The notes under the pieces are model-generated. The model made no database searches. It was not told the DNA's origin and saw only the letters and a list, made by a program, of their open reading frames with translations. A stretch of DNA of 64,000 nucleotides from Membranihabitans marinus (lineage in GTDB: Bacteria > Bacteroidota > Bacteroidia > Chitinophagales > Saprospiraceae). The stretch covers positions 191,348 to 255,347 of the forward strand of contig NZ_JAJQYA010000002.1 of NCBI RefSeq assembly GCF_021729155.1. The letters run 5' to 3'. The position numbers and the translations under genes are program-made. Of the stretch, positions 40,464 through 50,285 are shown one piece after another (within the stretch, counting starts at the first letter, position 1; each line of letters begins with the position of its first letter).

Positions 40464-41483
40464 ATGGTTGACCTTCCTCGATTTTATCCAAAACACAATA
40501 CTATGGAGTCTGGATTTCTTAATGAAACCTCATTAATACAATATTCGCCTAATAAGGTGGAAAAAATTACCTTTAACAATATATCTGAGATCAAACTTGT
40601 AGAGCAGGGGGTAGGAATAAAATGGTTCAATACCTATGGATTGGATTATGAAAGTGAAATATTTCAAGTCATTAGTGAGAGTCAAATAGATGATTTTTTG
40701 ATTAAATTAATGATGGACGATGAACATCCCAATAAGGTAATTCAACTCGAAGACGTACTCTTTGTCTCAGCTCGAATATTGATCCACGAGAATTTATCTT
40801 TTTCCAGTGAACAGATGATCTTTATTGTCAGTAGTAATATGCTTTGGAGTATTCAAGAGAAAAAAGGAGATTATTTTGATTGGATTCGGGAGCGATTGGA
40901 GAACAATATTGGAATTGCCCGCAAAAAAAAGGCCGATTATTTGTTGTATTTAATTTTGGAATCGGTTTTGGACAACTACAATTTAGTCTTCGATAAATTT
41001 TCAAAAGAGGAAGAAGGGGATTTGTCTATCTTTTCCGCCGACGCCAGTCCTGCTTTTGCAGAAAAGATAGAGATGAGGAAGCACAATTTGTTTAAATTTA
41101 AAAAGGCGGCCAGCAGTCTGAGGGACACCATTAGCAAGCTTGAAAAGAATCAAGTCATGGGCTTTAAAGGCAAATATTTTTCAGAATTAAAAGAACAAAA
41201 TAACCATTTGCTATCAGATATAGATTTTGAATTGCAGGAACAAGAGTCTATGCTCAATCTTATGTTTAGTTATCAGGGTCAACGTCTAAATGAAGTGATG
41301 AAGACTTTGACTATATTTTCCGTTATTTTCATACCCCTTACTTTTATGGCAGGGATATATGGTATGAATTTTAAATATATACCCGAACTTGAACTCAAAA
41401 ACGGATATTTTTATCTCTGGGGGCTGATGGTTGTAGTGGCTTTAATATGTATATGGTATTTTAAGAAGAAAAAGTGGTTCTAG
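40464..41483 (+). CDS. corA: CorA-family magnesium/cobalt transporter
   Basis: C-terminal two TM helices with a YGMNF (GMN) motif. 339 aa. Confidence 0.8.
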   Translation: MVDLPRFYPKHNTMESGFLNETSLIQYSPNKVEKITFNNISEIKLVEQGVGIKWFNTYGLDYESEIFQVISESQIDDFLIKLMMDDEHPNKVIQLEDVLFVSARILIHENLSFSSEQMIFIVSSNMLWSIQEKKGDYFDWIRERLENNIGIARKKKADYLLYLILESVLDNYNLVFDKFSKEEEGDLSIFSADASPAFAEKIEMRKHNLFKFKKAASSLRDTISKLEKNQVMGFKGKYFSELKEQNNHLLSDIDFELQEQESMLNLMFSYQGQRLNEVMKTLTIFSVIFIPLTFMAGIYGMNFKYIPELELKNGYFYLWGLMVVVALICIWYFKKKKWF

Positions 41484-41538
41484 ACAAAAATATAACACAG
41501 TATGTATTAATGTATTCTAAAAAAATCAAAATCGATCA

Positions 41539-42132
41539 ATGCTGAATAACTTTTATCATTTTTTTCAAGCCAATGGGAAGATTTCAATGGAGGAAATGGA
41601 GTCATTGAAGTCTCTATATCACAGAGAGGAAGTAAAGAAAGGAGATTTTTTATTGAGGGAAGGAGGTCATTGTCACCATACTTTTTTTGTGGAAAGTGGA
41701 TTGATTAGAATGTATGCTATCGATGGTCAGGGCAAGGAACACATTGTGCAATTTGCTTGCGAAAACTGGTTATTGAGCGATCGATCTAGTGCCTATTTTG
41801 ACGAATCCTCTGATTATTTTATCGATGCTATTGAAGATTCTGTAGTTGTGATGTTGGATAAGGGTTTTGTAGATGGTATTATCGAAGTAAATCCTAGTTT
41901 TCAACGAATTAATGAGAGATTGTTGCACAATCATATACGGCATTTACAGAAGCGGATTCACGGTTTAATGGCGGAGACAGCAGAGGAGAGGTATTTGGAG
42001 TTTATAAATCTTTATCCAGATTTGACTTTACGAGTACCTCAATGGATGATGGCATCTTATTTGGGGGTGACTCCGGAGAGTTTAAGTAGGGTTAGGCGGG
42101 ATTTAGCTAAGAGAAATTTTAAAAGTTATTAA
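41539..42132 (+). CDS. Crp/Fnr-family transcriptional regulator
   Basis: cNMP-binding beta-barrel followed by a C-terminal HTH (ASYLGVTPESLSRVRRDL). Confidence 0.8.
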   Translation: MLNNFYHFFQANGKISMEEMESLKSLYHREEVKKGDFLLREGGHCHHTFFVESGLIRMYAIDGQGKEHIVQFACENWLLSDRSSAYFDESSDYFIDAIEDSVVVMLDKGFVDGIIEVNPSFQRINERLLHNHIRHLQKRIHGLMAETAEERYLEFINLYPDLTLRVPQWMMASYLGVTPESLSRVRRDLAKRNFKSY

Positions 42133-42239
42133 TATTTAATGGGTTTATAATCAATGATTGTTCTGTAGATTGTCATTGCCTAAGTTTTTTTAACCGCAAT
42201 TATTATATCTCATTTAGATAATTTCATCCAACTCTTAAT

Positions 42240-42400
42240 ACAACGGATTGGGTGGTTCGTATCACTTTTGGTCTCACTCAAAACGCGTGAGATTCGGTTC
42301 CCGCCCTTCGACTCGCCCAAGGAGAGGCATTCAATGGACATTTAGCCCATTGGATTGCTCAATAGAGCAACTTCATTCTGTCATTTTTCAAACTTTTTTA
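42240..42400. repeat. Copy of the GC-rich multi-hairpin intergenic element. Parts in order: hairpin CTCAC..GTGAG, TTCGGTTCCCGCC, hairpin CAATGG..CCATTG, hairpin TTGCTC-AATA-GAGCAA, then CTTCATTCTGTCAT.
   Basis: Shares the CGGTTCCC(T/G)C block and the 3' hairpin+CTTCATTC(G/T)GTCAT module with 1-360 and 50185-50280. Stem sequences differ but pairing is maintained. Confidence 0.55.
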
Positions 42401-42757
42401 TCATTGCGAAAATGTATTTCGTATTAAATCAAGACAATCTCCTAATGATTTCATTTTTTATTCTAAAAATTAGTAACTTATGCAGAAGAAAAAGTGGTTT
42501 AGGAGGGTATGAAGAGTATTCATCACTGAAATAATTTGATTCTATGGTTAAAAAGATTTGCTAACATGATAGATGGTATCTTCCTTCCGCGATTAATGAT
42601 TCTAATAAACATGATATTCCTAAGATTTGCTCATATTTAAACTTTTGCCTGTTCCAATATAATTCATGTAGTATTAGTCGATCTTATCATAGATCAATGG
42701 ACAGGATGGTGACATGATTTAGATTTGTACTATTGTAAAACAGAAAAGTGTAAATAG

Positions 42758-43636
42758 ATGAAAACTAAAAGAATTGAAATGGTCGTCAGTCCTAGATCGC
42801 CTCATTATGTTGGAGATGGATTTAGAGTGCAAACTTTTATTCCCATTTCTAATCGTTTAGATATGAAAAGAATGGATCCTTTTATTTTAATGGATTACAA
42901 TTCTCCTCATTATTTTCCACCTTCAGATCGACCTCGTGGTGTGGGTGTACATCCACATCGTGGATTTGAGACGGTAACCATTGCTTATCAGGGCAGTGTA
43001 GCTCACCATGACAGCAGTGGTGGTGGAGGCATTATCAAAGAAGGTGATGTTCAGTGGATGACGGCTGGATCAGGTGTATTGCATAAAGAATATCACGAAA
43101 CCAATTTCAGTAAGGCTGGAGGTTATTTTCAAATGGTTCAATTATGGGTCAATCTTCCTGCCAAGGACAAGATGACTACGCCTAAGTACCAATCCCTGGT
43201 TCACGAAAATATACCTGTTGTAACCTTGGACGATGAAGGCGGTGTCATTGAGGTAATTGCTGGTGAGTACAATGGTGTAGCTGGTGCTGCTTCGACGTTT
43301 TCACCGGTCAATTTAATGAATGCCAAATTGAATACCGGAGGTAAAGGTCGATTTTCTTTCCCTTCGCATTACAATACTGCTGTAGTTGTGGTATCTGGTA
43401 GTGTTTTGATCAATGGCGATGAAGTCGTCAATAGTGATCACTTTGTATTATTTGAAAACCAAGGGGAGGACTTTACGGTAGAAGCGAAGGAGGAGTCTAT
43501 AGTATTGGTATTAAGTGGAGAGCCATTTAACGAACCAATAGCGGCACAGGGACCCTTTGTGATGAATACCAGAGAGCAATTGATGGAAGCTATGCAGGAT
43601 TACAATTTGGGCCGATTTGGCTACTTAGAGGATTAA
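42758..43636 (+). CDS. Pirin-family protein (bicupin)
   Basis: HPHRGFETVT...H..H metal-binding cupin motif. 292 aa. Confidence 0.85.
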   Translation: MKTKRIEMVVSPRSPHYVGDGFRVQTFIPISNRLDMKRMDPFILMDYNSPHYFPPSDRPRGVGVHPHRGFETVTIAYQGSVAHHDSSGGGGIIKEGDVQWMTAGSGVLHKEYHETNFSKAGGYFQMVQLWVNLPAKDKMTTPKYQSLVHENIPVVTLDDEGGVIEVIAGEYNGVAGAASTFSPVNLMNAKLNTGGKGRFSFPSHYNTAVVVVSGSVLINGDEVVNSDHFVLFENQGEDFTVEAKEESIVLVLSGEPFNEPIAAQGPFVMNTREQLMEAMQDYNLGRFGYLED

Positions 43637-43695
43637 TGATAGTCGATTAAATTTGATTGTTAAAGTATGGATTTATCCATTTAAATATAAAAGTG

Positions 43696-44682
43696 ATGTA
43701 CGCAAAAAGAAATTACGGTTTTGTTCAAACCTTTATGTGGTCCAAAAAACCATTTATCCTAGGGGTTGTCTATGCGATTTTGGTTCAATTTGGTTTAAAA
43801 CTAATTAATTTTAGTTTTTACATCCCTTGGCAACCCATTAGTGTTATAGGTATTGCTGTGGCTTTTTATTTGGGTTTTAAGAACAACAGTTCCTATGATA
43901 GGACTTGGGAAGCTCGCAAAATATGGGGGGGAATAGTCAATAACAGTCGTACTTTTGGAGCGGCCGTAGTTTCTTTTGTACAAGGGGAGGGAGCGAAAGA
44001 TGTTCAGCGTGAATTGATATACCGACATATAGCATGGTTAATCACCTTGCGGCATCAGTTGCGATTGAGTAGGCCTTGGGAGCATACTGAATTGCGTTTG
44101 CCCGGTGTAGTGTCAGAGAGTAATTGTGCTGATTATAAAGATTTATTGGATAGAGATTTGGCGCGATATATTGAAAAGTCGGAGTTGGAAGGTATTAAGT
44201 CGAAGTCCAATTCTGCCGTTCATATTATGGCCAATCAATCTAGGAGATTACAGGAATTGCGCGATTTGGATTATTACGAAGATTTTCGTCATATAGAGTT
44301 TCACAGTTTATTGGCCAATCTTTATTCAGAGCAAGGTAGGGCTGAACGTATTAAAAATTTTCCATTTCCACGGCAGTATGCGTCTACGGCATTGTGGTTG
44401 ACCATTGTTTTCGCGGCATTTGTTCCATTTGGGATGACTACAATGTTTGATCATGACGATGTTTTGGGGTATTTTATTATGCCATTTTTAAGCGGGTTAG
44501 TCATATGGATCTTTTTTTTAATGGAAAAAATTGGGGACTATTCTGAGAATCCATTCGAGGGCAGTTACAACGATGTGCCGATAACATCGATTACTAGGGG
44601 AATAGAAATTGATTTACTCGAAATGATTGACGATGAAAATGTTCCTTCGACTACCCCGACCGAACAGGGCTTTCTTTTGTAA
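43696..44682 (+). CDS. Bestrophin/UPF0187 (YneE-like) family membrane protein
   Basis: N-terminal ...FVQTF..., two TM pairs and an overall pattern matching bacterial bestrophin homologues. Confidence 0.65.
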   Translation: MYAKRNYGFVQTFMWSKKPFILGVVYAILVQFGLKLINFSFYIPWQPISVIGIAVAFYLGFKNNSSYDRTWEARKIWGGIVNNSRTFGAAVVSFVQGEGAKDVQRELIYRHIAWLITLRHQLRLSRPWEHTELRLPGVVSESNCADYKDLLDRDLARYIEKSELEGIKSKSNSAVHIMANQSRRLQELRDLDYYEDFRHIEFHSLLANLYSEQGRAERIKNFPFPRQYASTALWLTIVFAAFVPFGMTTMFDHDDVLGYFIMPFLSGLVIWIFFLMEKIGDYSENPFEGSYNDVPITSITRGIEIDLLEMIDDENVPSTTPTEQGFLL

Positions 44683-44849
44683 GCGAATCTAATTTTGGCT
44701 TTGGATAGGTCGTTCGATTTTGCTAGATTTATTATTTTTACCCATTAATAATCAATTATATAAGTAGCCGATGCTTTCCTCCTGAGCTTTGTGCAAACCG
44801 TCGTGGTCTTTGTGGTGAATACGACTGACTATGAGTGTAAATACAAATA

Positions 44850-44945
44850 TTATAAAAAAAGTCCTGAAGGGTCAAGGTATGTCAGGGCAGGACGAAGTCC
44901 TGTCGTAGTTTTGTTACATTGAAATTAAGTCCTGAAGGGAGGACA
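44850..44945. repeat. Short GC-rich hairpin repeats (A)AGTCCTGAAGGG..(C)AGGAC, three copies
   Basis: Three near-identical units: GTCCTGAAGGGTCAAGG..CAGGAC, GAAGTCCTGTCG and AAGTCCTGAAGGGAGGAC. Confidence 0.5.
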
Positions 44946-45156
44946 TCACTTAAAATTTCTCGCTTTAGATTGATGATTGGTAGTGTATTCCAAAAAAGAG
45001 GATTCAAATCCGTAAAGTCAAATATAGCAGCCACAAAAAAATATTGCTGTTAACATCACCATCTGGTATCATTTTTACCATTTTAAGCATCATTTGTATT
45101 GCTTCCGACCCTAGATCTCCCTATAAATTTGCAGTATTAAATCATTAAAATAAAAT

Positions 45157-46116
45157 GTGAAAATGATGAAGTACTTAAATATGAGTTTATTGACTTTTTT
45201 GGCAGTGATTCTATTGGTTTCTTGTAGTGATGATGAGGATATTCAGTCCAATGTAGTAGATTTTGAAAATCCTCCAGCGGCTACGATCATTACCACTGGT
45301 AGGGTCAATGTAATAACAGAAAGTACGGTGAGATACCATACCATTGATTTTGATTCGGCTCCATATACCGTGACTATAGTAGAAACTGAAAACGACATAG
45401 TTATCGTGGATTTGGGACCAGCTCCGATATTTGCGGATGAATTAAAAACATATGTTGATGCCATTAACAAAAATGGATCCGTGATTATTACACACAACCA
45501 TGGAGATCACTATGGTGGGGCAAGTAATTTTACAAATTTAGATTTTTACGCACAATCTGAGGTCGCTGACCAGCTAAACAACACTGAAGATTTTACCAAT
45601 TTATATGGTAAGACCGTGATTGCTGTCAGTGGAAATAAGAAAATTGGAAGTTTGAATTTTACTTTTGATAAAGTTTCCAATGCCGAAACAGGGGAAAATG
45701 GTTATTTCTATAATGAAGAACATAAGATTTTATTTTCCGGTGATCTAATTTACAATTTAGCCCATCCCTATTTGAGAGAATACAGTCCTAAAGATGGTTT
45801 AGATGAGATAGATAATTGGTTGGCGGGATTAAATGTTTTGAAAACTGACTTCGCAGACTATAGTCATATATTCGTAGGACACAATGGTAGTCGTTCTGAT
45901 ATAGAAAGTGTTATCGATGAAAATATTGATTATTTACAACAAGCCCAAGTTCTAATTACCGGCAGTCAGATGTTGACAAATGGTAATGCAGCTACTAGTC
46001 AGCAAGATGTTGTCGATGAATTGAATTTACTCTATCCCAATTATTCCGAAGGTGGGCTCTTTCTATCCCTTCCCGATGCTTTCTTTCCCGGTGATCCAGG
46101 GGCTGATTGGTTCTAA
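45157..46116 (+). CDS. MBL-fold metallo-hydrolase, lipoprotein
   Basis: HNHGDHYGG (HxHxDH) motif. Lipobox LLVSCSDD. Confidence 0.75.
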   Translation: MKMMKYLNMSLLTFLAVILLVSCSDDEDIQSNVVDFENPPAATIITTGRVNVITESTVRYHTIDFDSAPYTVTIVETENDIVIVDLGPAPIFADELKTYVDAINKNGSVIITHNHGDHYGGASNFTNLDFYAQSEVADQLNNTEDFTNLYGKTVIAVSGNKKIGSLNFTFDKVSNAETGENGYFYNEEHKILFSGDLIYNLAHPYLREYSPKDGLDEIDNWLAGLNVLKTDFADYSHIFVGHNGSRSDIESVIDENIDYLQQAQVLITGSQMLTNGNAATSQQDVVDELNLLYPNYSEGGLFLSLPDAFFPGDPGADWF

Positions 46117-46316
46117 ATCTATACTGTTATACCTAATAGCGGTGAAAAACAGAATTGTCTCCATATTTGATTATTACCAGATATGATGTATAAATACTCT
46201 GTTGAAAATTAGAGATTTATAGAGTAATTGTTTAAAATTATTTCCATAAAAAAATATTAAAATACCTTGTTTTATAGTTATTCTATAGGAGATAAGGATT
46301 TGAAAACAAAAAATAT

Positions 46317-46517
46317 ATGAGTACTATATCTCTTTGCCCCAAATGTGGCAGTAAATCGAAAATAAAAGAAAAAGATGGTGTGATTACTTATCAGGCGGTT
46401 CAAGATGAAGAAGCGTTTAAAAAAATTGGTCAATTAAAACATGGCATGGAAAAATTTAAAGCAAAAGCCGAACAACTTGAAAAGGAGTTAGAAGCTATTA
46501 AATCCAAACTAAAATAA
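46317..46517 (+). CDS. Small zinc-ribbon/coiled-coil protein (hypothetical)
   Basis: CPKCGSK CxxC at the N-terminus with a Lys/Glu-rich helical tail. 66 aa. Confidence 0.35.
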   Translation: MSTISLCPKCGSKSKIKEKDGVITYQAVQDEEAFKKIGQLKHGMEKFKAKAEQLEKELEAIKSKLK

Positions 46518-46522
46518 TACCT

Positions 46523-47368
46523 ATGAAAGTCGCGGTTACTGCAGCTAATGGACAATTGGGATCCACCATTGTCAACCAATTAATTAATGAAATTGGTAGA
46601 GAAAATGTTATTGGAATTGCTCGTACGCCGACTAAGGCAAGTCATCTCGCCATTCAACTTCGTCAAGGAGATTACAATAATCGACAAGAGTTTGACAAAG
46701 CTTTAATAGGAGTGGATGTTCTGCTTTTAATCTCAGGTATGGATGATCCGCAAAAAAGGATCCAACAACATCGAAATATTATCGAAGCTGCCAAACAGAA
46801 TAAGGTACGGAAGATCGTATATACCAGTATAATAGGTGAGGAAAACAGGACTGCATTTAGTCCCATTGTACGAAGTAATCGTCAAACCGAAAAAGATATT
46901 CAGGATTCTGGACTTCAATGGGCTATTGGTAGAAATGGTATATATATTGAGCCAGACCTCGAGTATATTGATGAATACAAGCGGATGGGAGAGATAGTAA
47001 ATTGTGCTGAAAATGGAAAATGTGGATATACCAGTCGAAGTGAATTGGCCATTGCTTATACTCAACTATTGCTCAATGATAATCTAAATGGACAGATTTA
47101 CAACCTTGCCGGTAAGCCTATAAGTCAATCTGAATTGGCAGATTTTCTCAACCAAGCTTATCTTACCAATCTAAGTTATCGTTCAGTATCGGTGGCCGAT
47201 TACGAAAAAGATAGGAAGGAGGCTTTGGGTGATTTTATAGGTGGTGTCATCGCTGGTATATATGAAGGTATCCAAATCGGAGCCTATGATAAAAACTCAG
47301 ATTTTGAAAAAATAGTGAATAGACCCCATAAGTCTGTAATAGCCATGATGGCAGACTATATTAAATAG
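46523..47368 (+). CDS. NmrA-like / atypical SDR NAD(P)H-binding protein
   Basis: MKVAVTAANGQLGSTIV Rossmann N-terminus. 281 aa. Confidence 0.75.
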   Translation: MKVAVTAANGQLGSTIVNQLINEIGRENVIGIARTPTKASHLAIQLRQGDYNNRQEFDKALIGVDVLLLISGMDDPQKRIQQHRNIIEAAKQNKVRKIVYTSIIGEENRTAFSPIVRSNRQTEKDIQDSGLQWAIGRNGIYIEPDLEYIDEYKRMGEIVNCAENGKCGYTSRSELAIAYTQLLLNDNLNGQIYNLAGKPISQSELADFLNQAYLTNLSYRSVSVADYEKDRKEALGDFIGGVIAGIYEGIQIGAYDKNSDFEKIVNRPHKSVIAMMADYIK

Positions 47369-47392
47369 CCATTGGTATTATAAGTAATAATT

Positions 47393-47432
47393 AGGAAGAG
47401 GTTTTACATTTATTTGTAAGCCTCTTTTTCTA
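47393..47432 (+). terminator. Probable rho-independent terminator
   Basis: Imperfect stem AAGAGGTTTTAC..GTAAGCCTCTT, followed by TTTTCTATTTT. Confidence 0.5.
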
Positions 47433-47682
47433 TTTTATGCAAGTATAGTTGTCAACTATAATAATATTATAATGAATACTGGTAGCACCCTTTATTACTT
47501 GGTCAAAATTCCGATCTCATCTAAATAAATTCACTGCTTATTGTTCTCTGCAGTAAAGCTGCAGACTTGCTTCTTAGTATTGCATTCTAATTCACGCAAC
47601 AGATCGACACTATTGGTTGTGTCGAAAAATTGATGAAAAAACGTGGATCAGATGAATTGTAAATATATAAAATCAAATACGA

Positions 47683-48306
47683 ATGAAAGCAATGACAAAA
47701 TCTTTTTTAATGACTGCAGTGGTAACTTTTTGTATAACATTAGGCTATGGACAGGTTACGGTGACTGATTTAGGACAAAATGCCTTTTATTTAGGACCCC
47801 AATTTGTATCTGCAGATGAATCCAGTATTGTCGGGGTAAGTGCAGGGTATATTTCCAATGGCAAACTTGATTTGGGAATTACTCTTGGATTGGAGGAGAA
47901 TAATGAGTACGATATAAGTTCTACGGCGGTAAGACCTTACATCGGCTATCTTGTGGTCAAACAAGGAGAAAATGATATGCCGGTAAATGTATATATTGGA
48001 GGAGCCTATCAATACAATATTTTCAAGGATTTAGATGAATTAACTGCAAATACCTTCTCTTTAGGAAGTAACGTCTCTCATGTAATACAGTCATCGAGTA
48101 AAATAGCCTTTGTTCCTTATTTTGGATTTTCTTGGTCTAGATCACAATTAAATTTAGATGGTTATGGAGAAGAAAGTGTTAGTGGTCTTAGTTTCTCCTT
48201 AGGGGGGACACTGGGATTAGATAAATTCTTTATGACACCGTCGATCGCTTTTAAAAAAGGTAGGTCTAGCTTTGCTATTACCTTGGGCATGTTATTTAAT
48301 CAATAG
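47683..48306 (+). CDS. Putative outer-membrane beta-barrel protein (hypothetical)
   Basis: Signal peptide. Alternating hydrophobic pattern and Gly/Tyr-rich beta-strand-like segments. 207 aa. Confidence 0.4.
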   Translation: MKAMTKSFLMTAVVTFCITLGYGQVTVTDLGQNAFYLGPQFVSADESSIVGVSAGYISNGKLDLGITLGLEENNEYDISSTAVRPYIGYLVVKQGENDMPVNVYIGGAYQYNIFKDLDELTANTFSLGSNVSHVIQSSSKIAFVPYFGFSWSRSQLNLDGYGEESVSGLSFSLGGTLGLDKFFMTPSIAFKKGRSSFAITLGMLFNQ

Positions 48307-48341
48307 AAAAGTTGTTATAGGTAACTATTAAAGGGGAAGAG

Positions 48342-48390
48342 ACAAACATTGAATATTAACCATTAAAATAGTATTCAATGTTTGTATTTT
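48342..48390. terminator. Hairpin between convergent genes, possibly a bidirectional terminator
   Basis: Perfect 14-bp inverted repeat ACAAACATTGAATA..TATTCAATGTTTGT, followed by ATTTT. Confidence 0.45.
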
Positions 48391-48446
48391 AATACTTTGT
48401 ATAATTTTGTTCGAGTTGCGAATTGAATCAACAATTATTAAGGGAT

Positions 48447-48773
48447 TCATTTAAAGCCAACACTGATTATACTGAGTAAATACAATAGGATAGCGTATAC
48501 AGGAATTGTAAATAATAGGTATATGATCAGAATGAGACAAATGGATGCCATTAATGATTGTCCATAGTACATATAGCCACCACCAGGAATTAGGATGGCC
48601 AATAGCATAGCCGTTTTAGTTGACGTTTTTTCATCTTTTGAAATGGCTATATCGGCGTTTGATGAGTAATCTGAACTGTCTATATCCACTGCCGAACCAC
48701 AGTGTTGGCAGATGATATCATTTTCATTAATTAATTCATTGCAGAAGTAGCATTGGTAATTTTTCTTTCCCAT
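48447..48773 (-). CDS. Small membrane protein with an N-terminal zinc ribbon (hypothetical)
   Basis: CYFC...CQHC N-terminal CxxC pairs and two C-terminal TM helices. 108 aa. Confidence 0.4.
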   Translation of the reverse strand: MGKKNYQCYFCNELINENDIICQHCGSAVDIDSSDYSSNADIAISKDEKTSTKTAMLLAILIPGGGYMYYGQSLMASICLILIIYLLFTIPVYAILLYLLSIISVGFK

Positions 48774-48929
48774 AATTTTGATATTGAATGTTAAATCGAA
48801 TTTAAGATTAAGTAATGTTTCAATCTAATGGAATAGATATCCTTAAATATATGAATAATTATTTATTTTTAAATAATATGCAGGTAATAAATTTGGCTTT
48901 GTTGATAAAAGGCGGAACGAATAATTGAA

Positions 48930-50285
48930 GGGGAGTGGCTAATTATTAATGGTTAATGGTTAATGGTCAATGGTCAATGATGTGACTGAGAATAGTTGTC
49001 CTTTGTGCAACTTCATTCGTTCAATCACGACAATTCCACTCCTTTGGAGGGGTGTCAGATTACTGACGGGGTGGTTTGGAAATTCTGTAGGAAATATTAA
49101 AAATTAATTTTTTTCAATCGAACCAAACCGTCAGTTTTCATAAATACTAGCCATGCCCACTGTGGTATGACGAGATTACATAAGATTCTCTGTTGATTTA
49201 CGGTCCAATCACGCCGGAGCTAGACTTCCTGTTGATATGTGGTGTAATCACGCCGGAGTGAGATTCTCTGTTGATTTACGGTGCAATCACGCCGGAGCAT
49301 GAACGAATGAAATTGAGGAGTGTTGGTTAATTATTAATGGACAATGGTTAATTGTTAATTGTCATTCACGACAATTCCCCTCCTATGGAGGCATGTCAGT
49401 TTTCATAAATTCTAGTCAAGTCCACTTTGGCATGACGAGATTACATAAGATTCGCTGACGATTTAAGGGCAATCACGACTCGGCACATTGGAATTTTCCT
49501 TACAATTTTCGGTGCAATCACGCCGGAGCGAGATTTCACTGTTGATTTGTGGTGCAATCACGCCGGAGCGAGATTCTCTGTTGGTTTACGGTGCAATCAC
49601 GCCGGAGGTAGATTTCCTTACAATTTTCGGTGCAATCACGCCGGAGCGCAGTGGAATTTTCCTTACAATTTTCGGTGCAATCACGCCGGAGCGAGATTCT
49701 CTGTTGATTTACGGTCCAATCACGCCGGAGCTAGACTTCCTGTTGATACGTGGTGTAATCACGCCGGAGTGAGATTCTCTGTTGATTTACGGTGCAATCA
49801 CGCCGGAGCATGAACGAATGAAATTGAGGAGTGTTGGTTAATTATTAATGGACAATGGTTAATTGTTAATTGTCATTCACGACAATTCCCCTCCTATGGA
49901 GGCATGTCAGTTTTCATAAATTCTAGTCAAGTCCACTTTGGCATGACGAGATTACATAAGATTCGCTGACGATTTAAGGGCAATCACGACTCGGCACATT
50001 GGAATTTTCCTTACAATTTTCGGTACAATCACGCCGGAGCGAGATTCTCTGTTGGTTTACGGTGCAATCACGCCGGAGCTAGATTTCCTTACAATTTACG
50101 GTGCAATCACGCCGGAGGTAGATTTGCTTTCAATTTTCGGTGCAATCACGCCGGAGGTAGATTTGCTTTCAATTTTCGGTGCAATCACGCCGGAGCGCAG
50201 TGGCTCCGGTTCCCTCATCAAAGGTCGATTTACGACCTTTGGTTGCCCTAAAAGGCAACTTCATTCGGTCATCCACCAGACTTTT
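48930..50285. repeat. Higher-order tandem repeat block. About 16 copies of the 19-bp direct repeat GGTGCAATCACGCCGGAGC, spaced by 20-26 bp degenerate spacers and arranged in three sub-arrays. These are separated by about 190-bp modules that recur three times (period about 510 bp). Flanked by ATGGTTAAT heptads and ending in the family's terminal multi-hairpin element.
   Basis: Direct reading of the sequence. Sub-arrays lie at about 49203-49300, 49510-49808 and 50023-50200. The 190-bp modules lie at about 49060-49200, 49306-49495 and 49808-50005. The terminal element CCGGAGCGCAGTGGCTCCGG / CAAAGGTCG..CGACCTTTG / GGTTGCC..GGCAAC / TTCATTCGGTCAT spans 50186-50280. Confidence 0.85.

Noticed and set aside
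49200-50215. CRISPR array (19-bp direct repeats with roughly 20-bp spacers)
   Set aside because: The repeat is only 19 bp and the spacers are 20-26 bp. The spacers are not unique: the same four or five spacer variants recur, so this is a degenerate tandem repeat. No cas genes are nearby. The array is interrupted by repeated 190-bp modules.
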